Below, one piece after another: positions 14,690 through 24,975 of a stretch of DNA of 32,000 nucleotides. The stretch's first letter is position 1. Every line of letters starts with the position of its first letter. The position numbers were made by a program, and so were the translations under genes. A model generated the notes under the pieces. It made no database searches. It was not told the origin of the DNA and saw nothing but the letters and a program-made list of their open reading frames with translations. The DNA comes from Formosa sp. Hel1_33_131 (lineage in GTDB: Bacteria > Bacteroidota > Bacteroidia > Flavobacteriales > Flavobacteriaceae), in contig NZ_CP017260.1 of NCBI RefSeq assembly GCF_001735745.1, positions 2,160,001 to 2,192,000 on the forward strand, in the 5' to 3' direction.

Positions 14690-16321
14690 ATGTTTAATCA
14701 AACAGAAATGACTAATTTTAAAATTACAAAAAAAATCTTTTATCAGTTTTTGATACCTGTTTTTGTTGCTGTGATTTTTGAGCTTATCTATAAAGAATTT
14801 GAAGTTTCAACAGTTTATAATTTTCTAGAAAATAGTTTATTTTCTATTCTATTAGTAAGCCCCGTTTATTTTATTGTGAATCGTAAAATCCAGCTAGGAT
14901 ATACATCACTCACGTTTCTTCTATTTTGTTTTGCAATTTATTTTGAAACGGTTTACTACTACTTTTTTGAAGCCTATTTAAGTGCATCTTCACTATTTGT
15001 GGTATTAGATTCAAACAGTTCAGAAGCAGCAGAATTCCTTAATTTTTATGTCGATCATAAAGTCATCATCTTTTCCGTTTTGATGCTGGTCGTGATTGCA
15101 ACATCGCTTATAAGGTTTAAAATCATTCTGACTCCTTTTAATAAATCATCAACACGGACGAGGGTTAAGGTGTCAATTTATATGTTGGTTATATTAGCAT
15201 TCCTTAAGTTCTCTGGACTAATCGTTTACAACCTTGCTTATTTAATACTAAAATCTTCGAAAGAGTACACAGTAGAATCCAATAAACTTGGCGCCTATAA
15301 AACAAATAAAACTGGAAATTTCACCAATGTCTCTCGACTGGACAACCAAGAGAAAGAGGTTTATGTGATGATTTTAGGAGAATCGACCACCCGTTCGCAT
15401 TTTAGCTTGTATGATTATTACAGACCGACAACACCCAAACTAAATTCTTTAAAAGAGGAGCTGTCTATTTACAATGATGTCATCAGTCCACATGCACATT
15501 CGATTGCTTCCATCACTAAAATACTCACACTTGGGAATTATGAATATCCAGATAAAATTGGGGATGGCTCTATTATTCAACTCGCAAATAAGGCAAACTT
15601 TGAAACTGTATGGTTGTCCAATCAGAGACCCATTGGAATCTATGAAAGTCTAGTCACCAAAATTGCTTTATCCTCCGAAAAAAGTAAATTTCTCACCACC
15701 ACATTTGGTGTCCATAATAAAGTAAAAGATGCCGAGCTTTTACCTGAATTAGAAACCATTCTGTCGGACGATTCCTCTTCCAAAAAATTTATCATCATTC
15801 ATCTTATGGGAACACATGTTAGCTATGCCAACAGGTATCCCGACACTTTCAATAAATTTAAAGACACCCCCTTAAGTAATTATAAATCTGATGAAATATC
15901 CAAAATAATTAACCACTATGATAATGCAGTGCTGTACACTGACTTTGTGGTTTCTGAAATCATCCAAAAAATTAAAGCTCTAAACACCAAAAGTTTTGTG
16001 TTATATATGTCAGACCATGGGGAAGAATTATTTAAAGATCACAACATGGCAGGTCACAATGAGGATGTTGGGACAAAAGACATGTATGATGTTCCTTTTT
16101 TATTATGGCAGTCTGCCACTTATAAGAAACAAAAGCAGCTTACAGTCGACGAGAATAGATCCTATATGCTTGACGATTTGTTTCATGGGCTTGCAGATCT
16201 ATTAGATATTTCAGCTCACGAAGTTGAGCCCGAACGAAGTATTTTTAACGATTCCTTCAAAAGCCGAAAAAGAATCATTTTAGAGTCTTCAGAATATGAC
16301 ACGTATTTTAATTTAGATTAA
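14690..16321 (+). CDS. Membrane-anchored sulfatase-family protein, phosphoethanolamine-transferase-like (EptA/CptA superfamily)
   Basis: N-terminal TM bundle followed by an alkaline-phosphatase-fold domain (ILGESTTRSH, HLMGTHVSY, YDNAVLYTD, YMSDHGEE). The ATG at 14690 is preceded by AGGAG and is preferred over the TTG at 14651. Confidence 0.8.
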   Translation: MFNQTEMTNFKITKKIFYQFLIPVFVAVIFELIYKEFEVSTVYNFLENSLFSILLVSPVYFIVNRKIQLGYTSLTFLLFCFAIYFETVYYYFFEAYLSASSLFVVLDSNSSEAAEFLNFYVDHKVIIFSVLMLVVIATSLIRFKIILTPFNKSSTRTRVKVSIYMLVILAFLKFSGLIVYNLAYLILKSSKEYTVESNKLGAYKTNKTGNFTNVSRLDNQEKEVYVMILGESTTRSHFSLYDYYRPTTPKLNSLKEELSIYNDVISPHAHSIASITKILTLGNYEYPDKIGDGSIIQLANKANFETVWLSNQRPIGIYESLVTKIALSSEKSKFLTTTFGVHNKVKDAELLPELETILSDDSSSKKFIIIHLMGTHVSYANRYPDTFNKFKDTPLSNYKSDEISKIINHYDNAVLYTDFVVSEIIQKIKALNTKSFVLYMSDHGEELFKDHNMAGHNEDVGTKDMYDVPFLLWQSATYKKQKQLTVDENRSYMLDDLFHGLADLLDISAHEVEPERSIFNDSFKSRKRIILESSEYDTYFNLD

Positions 16322-16372
16322 ATTTGAAAACAACTATTATATTATGAATCTCAGTAAAATCTCATTTAAATT

Positions 16373-17479
16373 TTGAGTTCTTCAAACACTGCAAAAAAAA
16401 AGATATGCATTGTCACCTCTTCTTTAGGGAAGGGGGGCGCCGAAAAATCGTCTGCAGTATTGTCAATTTTGTTGGACAAGTTAGGTTATGAGGTTCATGT
16501 CATCAGTATTCTTAATCGTATAGATTATGACTATAAAGGAACGTTGTTAAATTTAGGAGCCTTAAAAGATAAGGATGCTTCTTTTTTTGGAACACTAAAA
16601 AGGTTCACCGTTTTTTTAAATTATCTAAGATCACATAACTTTGATTTTATTATTGATAGCAGATCACGACCGAGTATTCTCAAACAATTCTTAATAAACA
16701 AAGTACTCTATGTCAATGAAAAAGTAATTTTTATAGTTCATAGTGCGTTCCTCAAAAATTACATTCCTGATAATAAATTTATTGCAAAGTACTTATACAG
16801 TAATGCATTCAAATTTGTAACGGTCTCAAAGACTATAAAAACGAAGCTTACAAACAAGTATCATTTTGAAAATGTAAAAGCCATTCATAATGCTGTTGAT
16901 AAACCTCAGATGACTGCTCTCACGGAATCTTTACTGCTTCCAGAAAACTTCATGCTATTCTTTGGTAGAATTGAAGATGAAGTAAAAAACCTGACATTGC
17001 TAATTGATAGCTACAAACATTCCGATTTAATAGATAACAAGATAAAATTGGTTATTCTTGGGGATGGAAATGACAAACTAAAATTAGAGAAAAAAGTGCA
17101 AGTATTGAACTTGTCGGAACATATAATATTTTTCTCATACACCAAAAACCCGTATCCAATTGTTAGTAAAGCCATGTGTACTGTGCTTTCGAGTCATTAC
17201 GAAGGATTTCCCACTATGCTTGTTGAAAGCCTGTCTTTGGGGACTCCAGTCATTTCTGTAAACTGTGAATCTGGTCCCTCTGAGATTATTTTAGACACAC
17301 ATAATGGACTCTTAGTTGACAATCATAATCCTGATTTAATGGCTGAGGCGATGAATCGTTTTGTAACGGATAAAGAACTCTATAACCAATGTAAGAAGAA
17401 CGCTAAAAATAGTGTTGAGAAATTTTCTATGGAAAACATTTCTATGGACTGGAAGCGACTTATCGAAAACCTATCTTAG
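16373..17479 (+). CDS. Glycosyltransferase family 4 (GT-B fold)
   Basis: KICIVTSSLGKGGAEK N-terminus. The C-terminal E-x7-E region contains SSHYEGFPTMLVESLSLGTPVIS. Confidence 0.85.
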   Translation: MSSSNTAKKKICIVTSSLGKGGAEKSSAVLSILLDKLGYEVHVISILNRIDYDYKGTLLNLGALKDKDASFFGTLKRFTVFLNYLRSHNFDFIIDSRSRPSILKQFLINKVLYVNEKVIFIVHSAFLKNYIPDNKFIAKYLYSNAFKFVTVSKTIKTKLTNKYHFENVKAIHNAVDKPQMTALTESLLLPENFMLFFGRIEDEVKNLTLLIDSYKHSDLIDNKIKLVILGDGNDKLKLEKKVQVLNLSEHIIFFSYTKNPYPIVSKAMCTVLSSHYEGFPTMLVESLSLGTPVISVNCESGPSEIILDTHNGLLVDNHNPDLMAEAMNRFVTDKELYNQCKKNAKNSVEKFSMENISMDWKRLIENLS

Positions 17480-17493
17480 GTAACCTCTTTAAA

Positions 17494-18438
17494 TCACCAT
17501 TTTTTAAACGGCGATAGATAGATATTACAACGTAATAAAGCGTTTTGTAACTGTTTAAGAATACCAACAATAACGGAAGGTGTATTCAATAAAAAGCATT
17601 GACTGTAATTAAGATTCAAAGGATCAATCTCATTTTTTAAGTGCGTATAACTACCAAAATCACCCGCAACTTTTCTTTCAATAGCCACTGAGAATCGATT
17701 CAAATCCATGTATTTTTTAAAGGATGTATTGGAAGTGTCCTCATCTTTAAAATTCTCAAATAATTTCATGCGATCGATGCGATTGGACGAGTACGACAAA
17801 TGATATTGAGGGTCTAAAATAATTTTATGTGCACTGGGAACAGCAGAGAATGCAACAGCTTCTTTGAGTGCAATACGAATCCATAAATCGGTATCTTGTC
17901 CTGAGCGCATATCTTCATCAAACCCTCCAATTTCACGTAACGTTTTTTTGGGAATTAAAACAGCAGAAGTCCACGCAATACTATCCATGGTGGAAGCTAA
18001 GAAATAATCGTCGATCACTCCAAAATGATCCGTGGATACCCCATTAAAATGGGCATTCATTTTTTTGCCATTAAAGAATCGTTTGTAATAGGCTGTGGCG
18101 TATAATCCACAACTAGGGAAGTTCGTGTATAAGCTGTATAAGTTTTCTAAATGGTTGGATTCCCACAAATCATCGGCATCTAAAAATGCGATTAAATCTG
18201 AAGTTGATTTAGAAACACCATAATTTCTTGCATGAGACACCCCTTTATTTTCAGTCGTGTAAAGTTTGATACGCTCGTCATCAAAAGAATTTACGATGTC
18301 AAGACTGCCATCAGTACAACCATCATTAATTAAGAAGACCTCAAAATCCGAAAACGTCTGATTCAGAACGCTTAAAAGTGTTTTCTTAATAAAGTGTTCT
18401 TTATTAAATAACGGAATGATTACGGATATGGATGCCAT
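17494..18438 (-). CDS. Glycosyltransferase family 2
   Basis: SVIIPLFNKE..., DGCTDGS and FLDADD (DxD) motifs. Shares a 1-nt TAATG overlap with the upstream GT2. Confidence 0.88.
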   Translation of the reverse strand: MASISVIIPLFNKEHFIKKTLLSVLNQTFSDFEVFLINDGCTDGSLDIVNSFDDERIKLYTTENKGVSHARNYGVSKSTSDLIAFLDADDLWESNHLENLYSLYTNFPSCGLYATAYYKRFFNGKKMNAHFNGVSTDHFGVIDDYFLASTMDSIAWTSAVLIPKKTLREIGGFDEDMRSGQDTDLWIRIALKEAVAFSAVPSAHKIILDPQYHLSYSSNRIDRMKLFENFKDEDTSNTSFKKYMDLNRFSVAIERKVAGDFGSYTHLKNEIDPLNLNYSQCFLLNTPSVIVGILKQLQNALLRCNIYLSPFKKW

Positions 18439-19334
18439 TATTCGTTTTTACTGATATAACAAAGGTAGCTTAGTTTGTATAAATCAAAAATGAACAACGA
18501 TGGTTTTTTGGATAATAAATTTGTTTCAAATGAATTTTTAAAAACAGGGAACAACAATGCAAGTAAAAAGTTAACTCCAATTTTTTTGCAGTTATGAAAC
18601 GTTCGAATAATACGTGTATATTCTATATGTATCAAATTATTTTTCGCCAAACTAAGAGAGGCTTTTACGCCTTTCAATGATTTTTTCAAATAGATTTCAC
18701 TACTCTCTAAACCAAGGTGATAAATGGGATTGTTAATATGAGAAATGGCGATATCATTTTCTTTTAAGTTAAAAGAGAATAGTAGATCTTCATGAGCATC
18801 AAGTGAGATTTCTTCATTAAAATTCACGCTATTAAAGATGTCTTTTTTAATTAAAAAATTGCAGGAAAGAAAACTCAAGTAAACCGATTTTTTCCTTTCG
18901 TTTAAAGGAACAACTTCACGTTTTCTTCCAAAAACCCAGCGAAGCATTTCTTCATTGTTTGGCTTTTTGTCTTGGTAATTGACCCCTCCAAATATTAATT
19001 GTGTCGATTCTGTAAATGCAGTGATATAATTCGAGATAAATTCATCTTTCACAGGAATCACATCGGCGTCTAAAAATAATAATAAATCATAGTTCGCTTC
19101 TTTTGCCAATAGGTTTCGAATCGCACTTCTCCCAATATTAGAATCTAAAACTTTATAGGTCGTATTTTTCAATTCATCTATGGACTTATTAGCAGCGATG
19201 ATCTCAAGGTTTGTGGAACCATCATCATAGCAAAGAATCTCAAAATCGATTTTACAAGCTGTGGATTGGGCGTGGAGTTCGGCTACCAAGGCCTCAATAT
19301 TGTAATTATATGTTGGAATAAGTATAGAGAGCAT
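18438..19334 (-). CDS. Glycosyltransferase family 2
   Basis: SILIPTYNY, YDDGSTN and FLDADV motifs. Its start is 2 nt after the ftsE stop. Confidence 0.85.
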   Translation of the reverse strand: MLSILIPTYNYNIEALVAELHAQSTACKIDFEILCYDDGSTNLEIIAANKSIDELKNTTYKVLDSNIGRSAIRNLLAKEANYDLLLFLDADVIPVKDEFISNYITAFTESTQLIFGGVNYQDKKPNNEEMLRWVFGRKREVVPLNERKKSVYLSFLSCNFLIKKDIFNSVNFNEEISLDAHEDLLFSFNLKENDIAISHINNPIYHLGLESSEIYLKKSLKGVKASLSLAKNNLIHIEYTRIIRTFHNCKKIGVNFLLALLFPVFKNSFETNLLSKKPSLFIFDLYKLSYLCYISKNE

Positions 19335-19336
19335 TC

Positions 19337-20020
19337 TTAGTTTTTACGTTGTACAACTTCAAAGACTTTGGTGTCTTCACATTTGAGTGTTTTACTTGGG
19401 TATTTCAAAATCAAAGCATAATCATGGGTCGCCATAAAAATAGTATGTCCTTTTTTATTGAGCTCCAAAAGAACTTCCATCACCTCCACACTGGTTTGTG
19501 GATCGAGATTTCCCGTTGGTTCATCGGCTAAAATTAACTTTGGATCGTTCAACAACGCTCTGGCAATCGCCACCCGTTGTTGTTCACCACCCGAAAGTTC
19601 ATACGGAAATTTAGTGCCTTTTGTCTGCATATTAACCTTTGTCAGAACCGCTTCAATCTTGGCGTTTATTAATGCTTTGTCTTTCCAACCTGTTGCTTTT
19701 AAAACAAATTCCAGATTTCCATTAATAGTGAGTTCGTTTAGAAGTTTAAAATCTTGAAATACCACCCCTAATTTTCGTCTTAAAAAAGGAATGTCTTTTT
19801 CTTTCAGAGTTTTCAAATCAAATTCAACAATAGATCCAGTACCGTTAGTTAATTTTAAATCTCCATAAAGTGTTTTTAAAAAACTACTCTTTCCAGAGCC
19901 TGTCTTCCCAATTAAATATACAAATTCGCCCTCTTTGACATCCACATTAACCTCACTTAAGATTAAGTTGTCATTTTGAAAAATGGAAACGTTCTCTAAT
20001 TTTAATACCGAATTTGACAT
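19337..20020 (-). CDS. ftsE: Cell-division-type ABC ATPase FtsE
   Basis: GKTGSGKSS, IPFLRRKLGVVFQD, LSGGEQQRVAIARAL, LADEPTGNLD and MATHD closely follow the FtsE pattern. Confidence 0.8.
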   Translation of the reverse strand: MSNSVLKLENVSIFQNDNLILSEVNVDVKEGEFVYLIGKTGSGKSSFLKTLYGDLKLTNGTGSIVEFDLKTLKEKDIPFLRRKLGVVFQDFKLLNELTINGNLEFVLKATGWKDKALINAKIEAVLTKVNMQTKGTKFPYELSGGEQQRVAIARALLNDPKLILADEPTGNLDPQTSVEVMEVLLELNKKGHTIFMATHDYALILKYPSKTLKCEDTKVFEVVQRKN

Positions 20021-20169
20021 GTATGTACCCTAAAATTTAATTTTTTATAAAAGTATTACTATTTACTTCAATTATCAAACATCACTTGGATTAAACGGGT
20101 TTCTTTTAGTTATATTTTAAGGAACTTATAATTTAGCCAATTTTTTTCCGTTATCCACTTGATATATTT

Positions 20170-20177
20170 TATCTTTG
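20170..20177 (+). promoter_or_regulatory. Bacteroidota-type -7 box (TAnnTTTG) upstream of the TPR gene
   Basis: TATCTTTG lies 24 nt upstream of the ATG at 20202. It overlaps the TTG start used by the ORF track, which argues for the ATG. Confidence 0.4.
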
Positions 20178-20201
20178 AATGTAATAAAATGCCTTCCGTA
20201 T

Positions 20202-23200
20202 ATGACCTCTATAAAATGTTTAGTTCGACTTGTTTTTTTGTGTTTCTTTTGTGTTGGATTTGCACAACAATCGGCGGTATATACCAATGAAGCTGTCAAT
20301 TTTCAATCCGCATTAGCACTCTATAACACCCAGCAATATCAATCTGCACAACTGCTTTTTAATTCTGTAGAATTAAATGCTTCGGATACTTTTTTAAAAT
20401 CGAATGCCGCCTATTACAATGCCAATTGTGCCGTGCGATTGAATCAGCCAAACGCTGAATTACTCGTAGAATCTTTTGTGAAGCATTACCCTTCTAGTAC
20501 CAAACGCAATTCTGCCTTTTTTGAAGTGGCTAATTATTATTTTGAAAATGCCAAATACTCTTATGCCCGTAAATGGTTTGAAAAAGTGGACCGCGCTTCC
20601 ATCTCAAAATCAAATATGGAGTCGTTCTATTTTAAATATGGATACAGTTTGTATGCCACCAAAAAATATAAAGCTGCTAAATCTTACTTAAAGAAAGTTG
20701 AAATGTCTAAAACCTATGGCTCCCAAGCCAAATATTACATTGGTTTTATGGCGTATGAAGGCGATGATTACGATCAAGCGACCGAATATTTTAAGCAAGT
20801 AGAACAGACCGAAGCCTATAAAAATAAGCTATCCTATTACCAAGCCGATTTGAATTTCAAATTAGGGAAATTCGCAAAAGCCATCGAGTTGGCGACTGCA
20901 CAGTTAGAAAAAAGTTCATCAAAAGAAGTGTCAGAACTTTCTAAAATTATTGGTGAAAGTTATTTCAACCTTCAAAAATATTCCGAAGCCATTCCCTTTT
21001 TAAAAGCTTATAAAGGAAAAAAAGGCCGTTGGAATCATACCGATTATTACCAATTGGGCTATGCGTTTTATAAACAAAACGATTATCAACAAGCGATTAA
21101 TGAATTTAATAAAATCATAGAAGGCTCCAATGCCATTGCACAAAATGCCTATTATCATTTAGCGGAAAGTTATGTCAATCTAAACAAAAAACAAGAAGCT
21201 TTGAATGCGTTCCGGAATGCCTCTGAAATGGATTTCAGTCCCAACATTCAAGAAGATGCTTGGCTGAATTATGCCAAACTCAGTTATGATATTGGCAATC
21301 CGTATCAGTCCACTCCTGAAGTTCTTACCGAATTTTTGAACCTTTATCCAAAATCAGCTTTTAAAATTGAGGTGGAAACTTTATTGATTGACTCCTATAT
21401 AAGTTCCAATAATTTTAAAGAAGCACTTGAGTTATTAGAAAACAAATCGCGTGCAGCTCATAAAGAAGCCTACCAAAAAGTTGCTTTTTTTAGAGCTTTA
21501 GAATTGTATAACAAAGCCAAATACTCTGATGCTAAGGAGCTGTTGAGTCGTTCGTTGTCAACTGCTATAAACCCAGTGTTTAAAGCAAGAGCCACCTATT
21601 GGAAAGCCGAAACAAACTATCAATTGTCAAATTTCAACGAAGCATTGGATGGATTTTCGGACTTTAAAAACAATACTGAAAGTGCCCAACTTGATGAGTT
21701 TAAGAATTTAGAATACAATCTAGCTTATACCTATTTTAAACAAAAAAAATATGCATTAGCCATCAAAGCCTATCAGTCTTTTATCTCAACACAACCTAAA
21801 AACTTGGTTTTATTAAGTGATTCATTTTTGAGATTGGGCGATTCTTATTTTGTAACCACCCAATACAGTCCTGCGATTGATGCGTATCAAGAAGCGTTAA
21901 AACTTGGTAAAATTGAATTGGATTATGCCACTTTCCAAATAGCCGTTAGTCATGGGTATCTAGGTCAGATATCAGATAAAATCACAGGTCTAAATAAAGT
22001 GATGAAATTTAAAAAATCGAACTTAAAAGATCAAGCCCTGTTTGAATTGGCAAACACCTATGTCAATCAAGGAACTCCAGAGAAAGCTCTTCCATATTAC
22101 AGTCAATTAATCAGTGATTTTTCGTCGAGTGCATTGGTGTCCAAAGCCTTGTTACGAAAAGGGTTGATGTTGTACAACAGAGGGGATACACAAGCAGCAC
22201 TTCAAAACTTAAACAAGGTAGCCGTCAACTATCCATCCACACCCGAAGCGTTTCAAGCCATCAGTTCTTCGCGCTCTATTTATATTGATTTAGGTCAAGT
22301 AGATGCTTATGCCGCATGGGTTCAAACCTTAGAATATGTTGGGGTCACGGATAGCGAATTGGACGATGCCACGTACGAAGCTGCCGAAAAACAATACTTA
22401 GATAATAACACTTCGAAAGCCATCGATTTGTTTAACGGCTATATTGCGCGTTTCCCAACAGGAAAGCAACTCATAAAAGCTCATTTTTATCTCGCAGAAT
22501 TGTATTATAAGAGTGATTTGTCTGAGAACGCACTACCACATTATACGTTTGTTTATGAACAATCCACGAATGAATTTACAGAAGTCTCTTTGTTAAAGTC
22601 ATCTGAAATCGTATTGGCATCCAACACATACGAAACCGCATTATCTTTATTATCGCGATTAGAATTGGAAGCCAATAATCCTCAAAATAGGCTGTATGCA
22701 CAGTCCAACTTAATGAAAACCTATTTTCAATTAGAAGATTACGATGCTGCCATTCGTTATGCTGAATTTATTCTCGATAATTCTAAAACAGATGCCTATA
22801 TAAAAAGTGATGCCTACATTATCATTGCGCGTGCTGCTATGAAAACCGATGATGAAACCAAAGCACGTTCAGCCTATGCGCAGGTAAAAACCATTGCCAC
22901 GGGGGAGATGGGGGCAGAAGCACAGTATTTTGAAGCCTACTTTAAGTATGTGGATGGAAACAATGAAGCTTCTAATGAGAGCGTTCAAGTATTGATTAAA
23001 AATTTCTCTAGCTATAAATATTATGCCTCCAAAGGGCTGATTATTATGGCCAAGAATTTCAAGGCACTAGACGATGTATTTCAAGCTACCTATATCTTAG
23101 AAAATGTGATTCAAAATTTTGCAGAATTTAAGGAGGTCGCTGCTGAAGCCCAAGTCGAATTGGAACGCATCAAAACAGAAGCCGCTAAAACAAATGCATC

Positions 23201-23231
23201 TATTGAAGTAGATACTGAAAATGAAAACTAA
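20202..23231 (+). CDS. Large secreted tetratricopeptide-repeat protein (~1009 aa)
   Basis: Signal-like N-terminus MTSIKCLVRLVFLCFFCVGFAQQ. Many TPR-like A/Y/L repeats occur throughout (for example YYNANCAVRL, YYIGFMAYEG, YYHLAESYVN). Confidence 0.85.
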   Translation: MTSIKCLVRLVFLCFFCVGFAQQSAVYTNEAVNFQSALALYNTQQYQSAQLLFNSVELNASDTFLKSNAAYYNANCAVRLNQPNAELLVESFVKHYPSSTKRNSAFFEVANYYFENAKYSYARKWFEKVDRASISKSNMESFYFKYGYSLYATKKYKAAKSYLKKVEMSKTYGSQAKYYIGFMAYEGDDYDQATEYFKQVEQTEAYKNKLSYYQADLNFKLGKFAKAIELATAQLEKSSSKEVSELSKIIGESYFNLQKYSEAIPFLKAYKGKKGRWNHTDYYQLGYAFYKQNDYQQAINEFNKIIEGSNAIAQNAYYHLAESYVNLNKKQEALNAFRNASEMDFSPNIQEDAWLNYAKLSYDIGNPYQSTPEVLTEFLNLYPKSAFKIEVETLLIDSYISSNNFKEALELLENKSRAAHKEAYQKVAFFRALELYNKAKYSDAKELLSRSLSTAINPVFKARATYWKAETNYQLSNFNEALDGFSDFKNNTESAQLDEFKNLEYNLAYTYFKQKKYALAIKAYQSFISTQPKNLVLLSDSFLRLGDSYFVTTQYSPAIDAYQEALKLGKIELDYATFQIAVSHGYLGQISDKITGLNKVMKFKKSNLKDQALFELANTYVNQGTPEKALPYYSQLISDFSSSALVSKALLRKGLMLYNRGDTQAALQNLNKVAVNYPSTPEAFQAISSSRSIYIDLGQVDAYAAWVQTLEYVGVTDSELDDATYEAAEKQYLDNNTSKAIDLFNGYIARFPTGKQLIKAHFYLAELYYKSDLSENALPHYTFVYEQSTNEFTEVSLLKSSEIVLASNTYETALSLLSRLELEANNPQNRLYAQSNLMKTYFQLEDYDAAIRYAEFILDNSKTDAYIKSDAYIIIARAAMKTDDETKARSAYAQVKTIATGEMGAEAQYFEAYFKYVDGNNEASNESVQVLIKNFSSYKYYASKGLIIMAKNFKALDDVFQATYILENVIQNFAEFKEVAAEAQVELERIKTEAAKTNASIEVDTENEN

Positions 23232-24975
23232 TTATATGACTATTAGATTAAAAAAACACCTGAGTTTAGTATCCGTTTTGATGGTGATGTTTCATGCAAA
23301 TCATTTAAAAGCGCAAACCCCACAGTCTCGTTCTCAAGATACGATTGACACACAAGTGGTCAACATAGTAAAGCCTTACACCCCAAAAATATCGGATGCT
23401 TTTAAGCTGAAGCAAACCCCACGTATGGGTGTTTCTGACACCCCTCAAAAATCGGTGAAGTACACTATTTTTTCTATCCCTGTTGCTTCTACTTTTACAC
23501 CAGCTAAAGGCACTTCAGTCAGATTAGATAAACTAAAAAAAGAAAAATTATTTCAAAACTATGCCTCTTTAGGCTATGGAAATTATGGAACAATTTTAGG
23601 AAACTTACACCTCAATCACCGCCTCGGTCGTGGAGAACGCATTGGTGGTTATATAGAACACCACTCCTCGCAAGGAGGTATTGATGGATTACAATTTGAA
23701 GATGGTTTTTCAAACAGCAGTGCTCAAATTAATTATGTCAAAAGTTTAAAGGCTTTTGTTTGGAACACGGATGCAGCCTTTCAACGGCAAGCCGTAAATT
23801 GGTATGGACTTCCATTTGAAACAACATTAGCTCTTGATCCAAAACAAGTCTATTCGACCATAGAATTGGGCAGCAATGTGCAGTTTACTAAGGGCGTTCT
23901 TCGCAGTGGAGACATTCACTTACGTCGATTTTCAGATGCTTATGACTCGCAAGAATACCATCTTACAGGCGAAACGAATTTTCAATTTGATGTGCTTGAC
24001 AGTCCAATTAATTCTAGTATCAAAGTGGATTATTTAAAAGGAAGTTTTGCTAAAAACTATAATGGATTAGACACGCAAAATTATGGGAATATTCAAATTT
24101 CAGTAGCGCCTAGCTATCAATACGTACAAGATGATCTCACCGTTTTAGTAGGATTTAAAGCCTATTATTTGATGGATTCTGAACAAAATAAAAACGATTT
24201 TTATATCTATCCCAATGTAGAAGCCAGTTATGCTGTTGTCAATTCAATTGTAGTGGCTTACGCTGGAATTAAAGGCGATTTATATCAAAACACCTATTAC
24301 GATTTTGCTCAAATAAATCCATTTGTGTCGCCAACTTTAGACATTCGTCCAAGTTCAACCCCTTATAAAGTGTTTGTGGGTACCAAAGGAAAACTCTCTC
24401 AAAGCATTGGATATGATGTAAAAGGAAGCTTCGCTCGTGAACAAAACAAAGCTCTTTTTAGAACGCATTCCATTCAAAATTTTTCAGCACCTAATAATTA
24501 CAATCAAGGAAATTCGTTTGGAGTTGTGTATGATGATGTCGATGTGATTAATATTTCAGGTGCCTTAGAAATTGATATGGGTCAAAAACTAAACGTCCGT
24601 CTGAAAGGCGATCTTTATAAATATACCAGTGATGCAGAACCCACCGCTTGGAACTTACCAGAATTTGAAGCCTCTCTATTCTTAGACTATCAGCTTTCTG
24701 ATAAATTATCAATGGCTGCCAATCTATTTTATTGGGGATCAAGACAAGACACCACTAACTTTGAAGGGCTGTTCATTCCTGAGCCGATTACTCCCAACGT
24801 CACTCTCGACGCTTTTTTAGATGCTAATTTTCAGGTTTCCTATGAAATCACCAACCAATTTGGAGCCTTCGTAAAAGTCAATAATATAGCGAATAACAGC
24901 TACAACCGTTGGAACCATTATCCGGTTCAAGGATTTCAGATTTTAGGAGGCGTGAGTTATAAATTTGATTTTTAA
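23221..24975 (+). CDS. Outer-membrane beta-barrel protein of unknown function (start at 23221 or 23236)
   Basis: Signal peptide ...LVSVLMVMFHANHLKAQ. Alternating beta-strand pattern. C-terminal ...GGVSYKFDF ends in an aromatic residue, typical of OM barrels. Confidence 0.7.
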   Translation: MKTNYMTIRLKKHLSLVSVLMVMFHANHLKAQTPQSRSQDTIDTQVVNIVKPYTPKISDAFKLKQTPRMGVSDTPQKSVKYTIFSIPVASTFTPAKGTSVRLDKLKKEKLFQNYASLGYGNYGTILGNLHLNHRLGRGERIGGYIEHHSSQGGIDGLQFEDGFSNSSAQINYVKSLKAFVWNTDAAFQRQAVNWYGLPFETTLALDPKQVYSTIELGSNVQFTKGVLRSGDIHLRRFSDAYDSQEYHLTGETNFQFDVLDSPINSSIKVDYLKGSFAKNYNGLDTQNYGNIQISVAPSYQYVQDDLTVLVGFKAYYLMDSEQNKNDFYIYPNVEASYAVVNSIVVAYAGIKGDLYQNTYYDFAQINPFVSPTLDIRPSSTPYKVFVGTKGKLSQSIGYDVKGSFAREQNKALFRTHSIQNFSAPNNYNQGNSFGVVYDDVDVINISGALEIDMGQKLNVRLKGDLYKYTSDAEPTAWNLPEFEASLFLDYQLSDKLSMAANLFYWGSRQDTTNFEGLFIPEPITPNVTLDAFLDANFQVSYEITNQFGAFVKVNNIANNSYNRWNHYPVQGFQILGGVSYKFDF

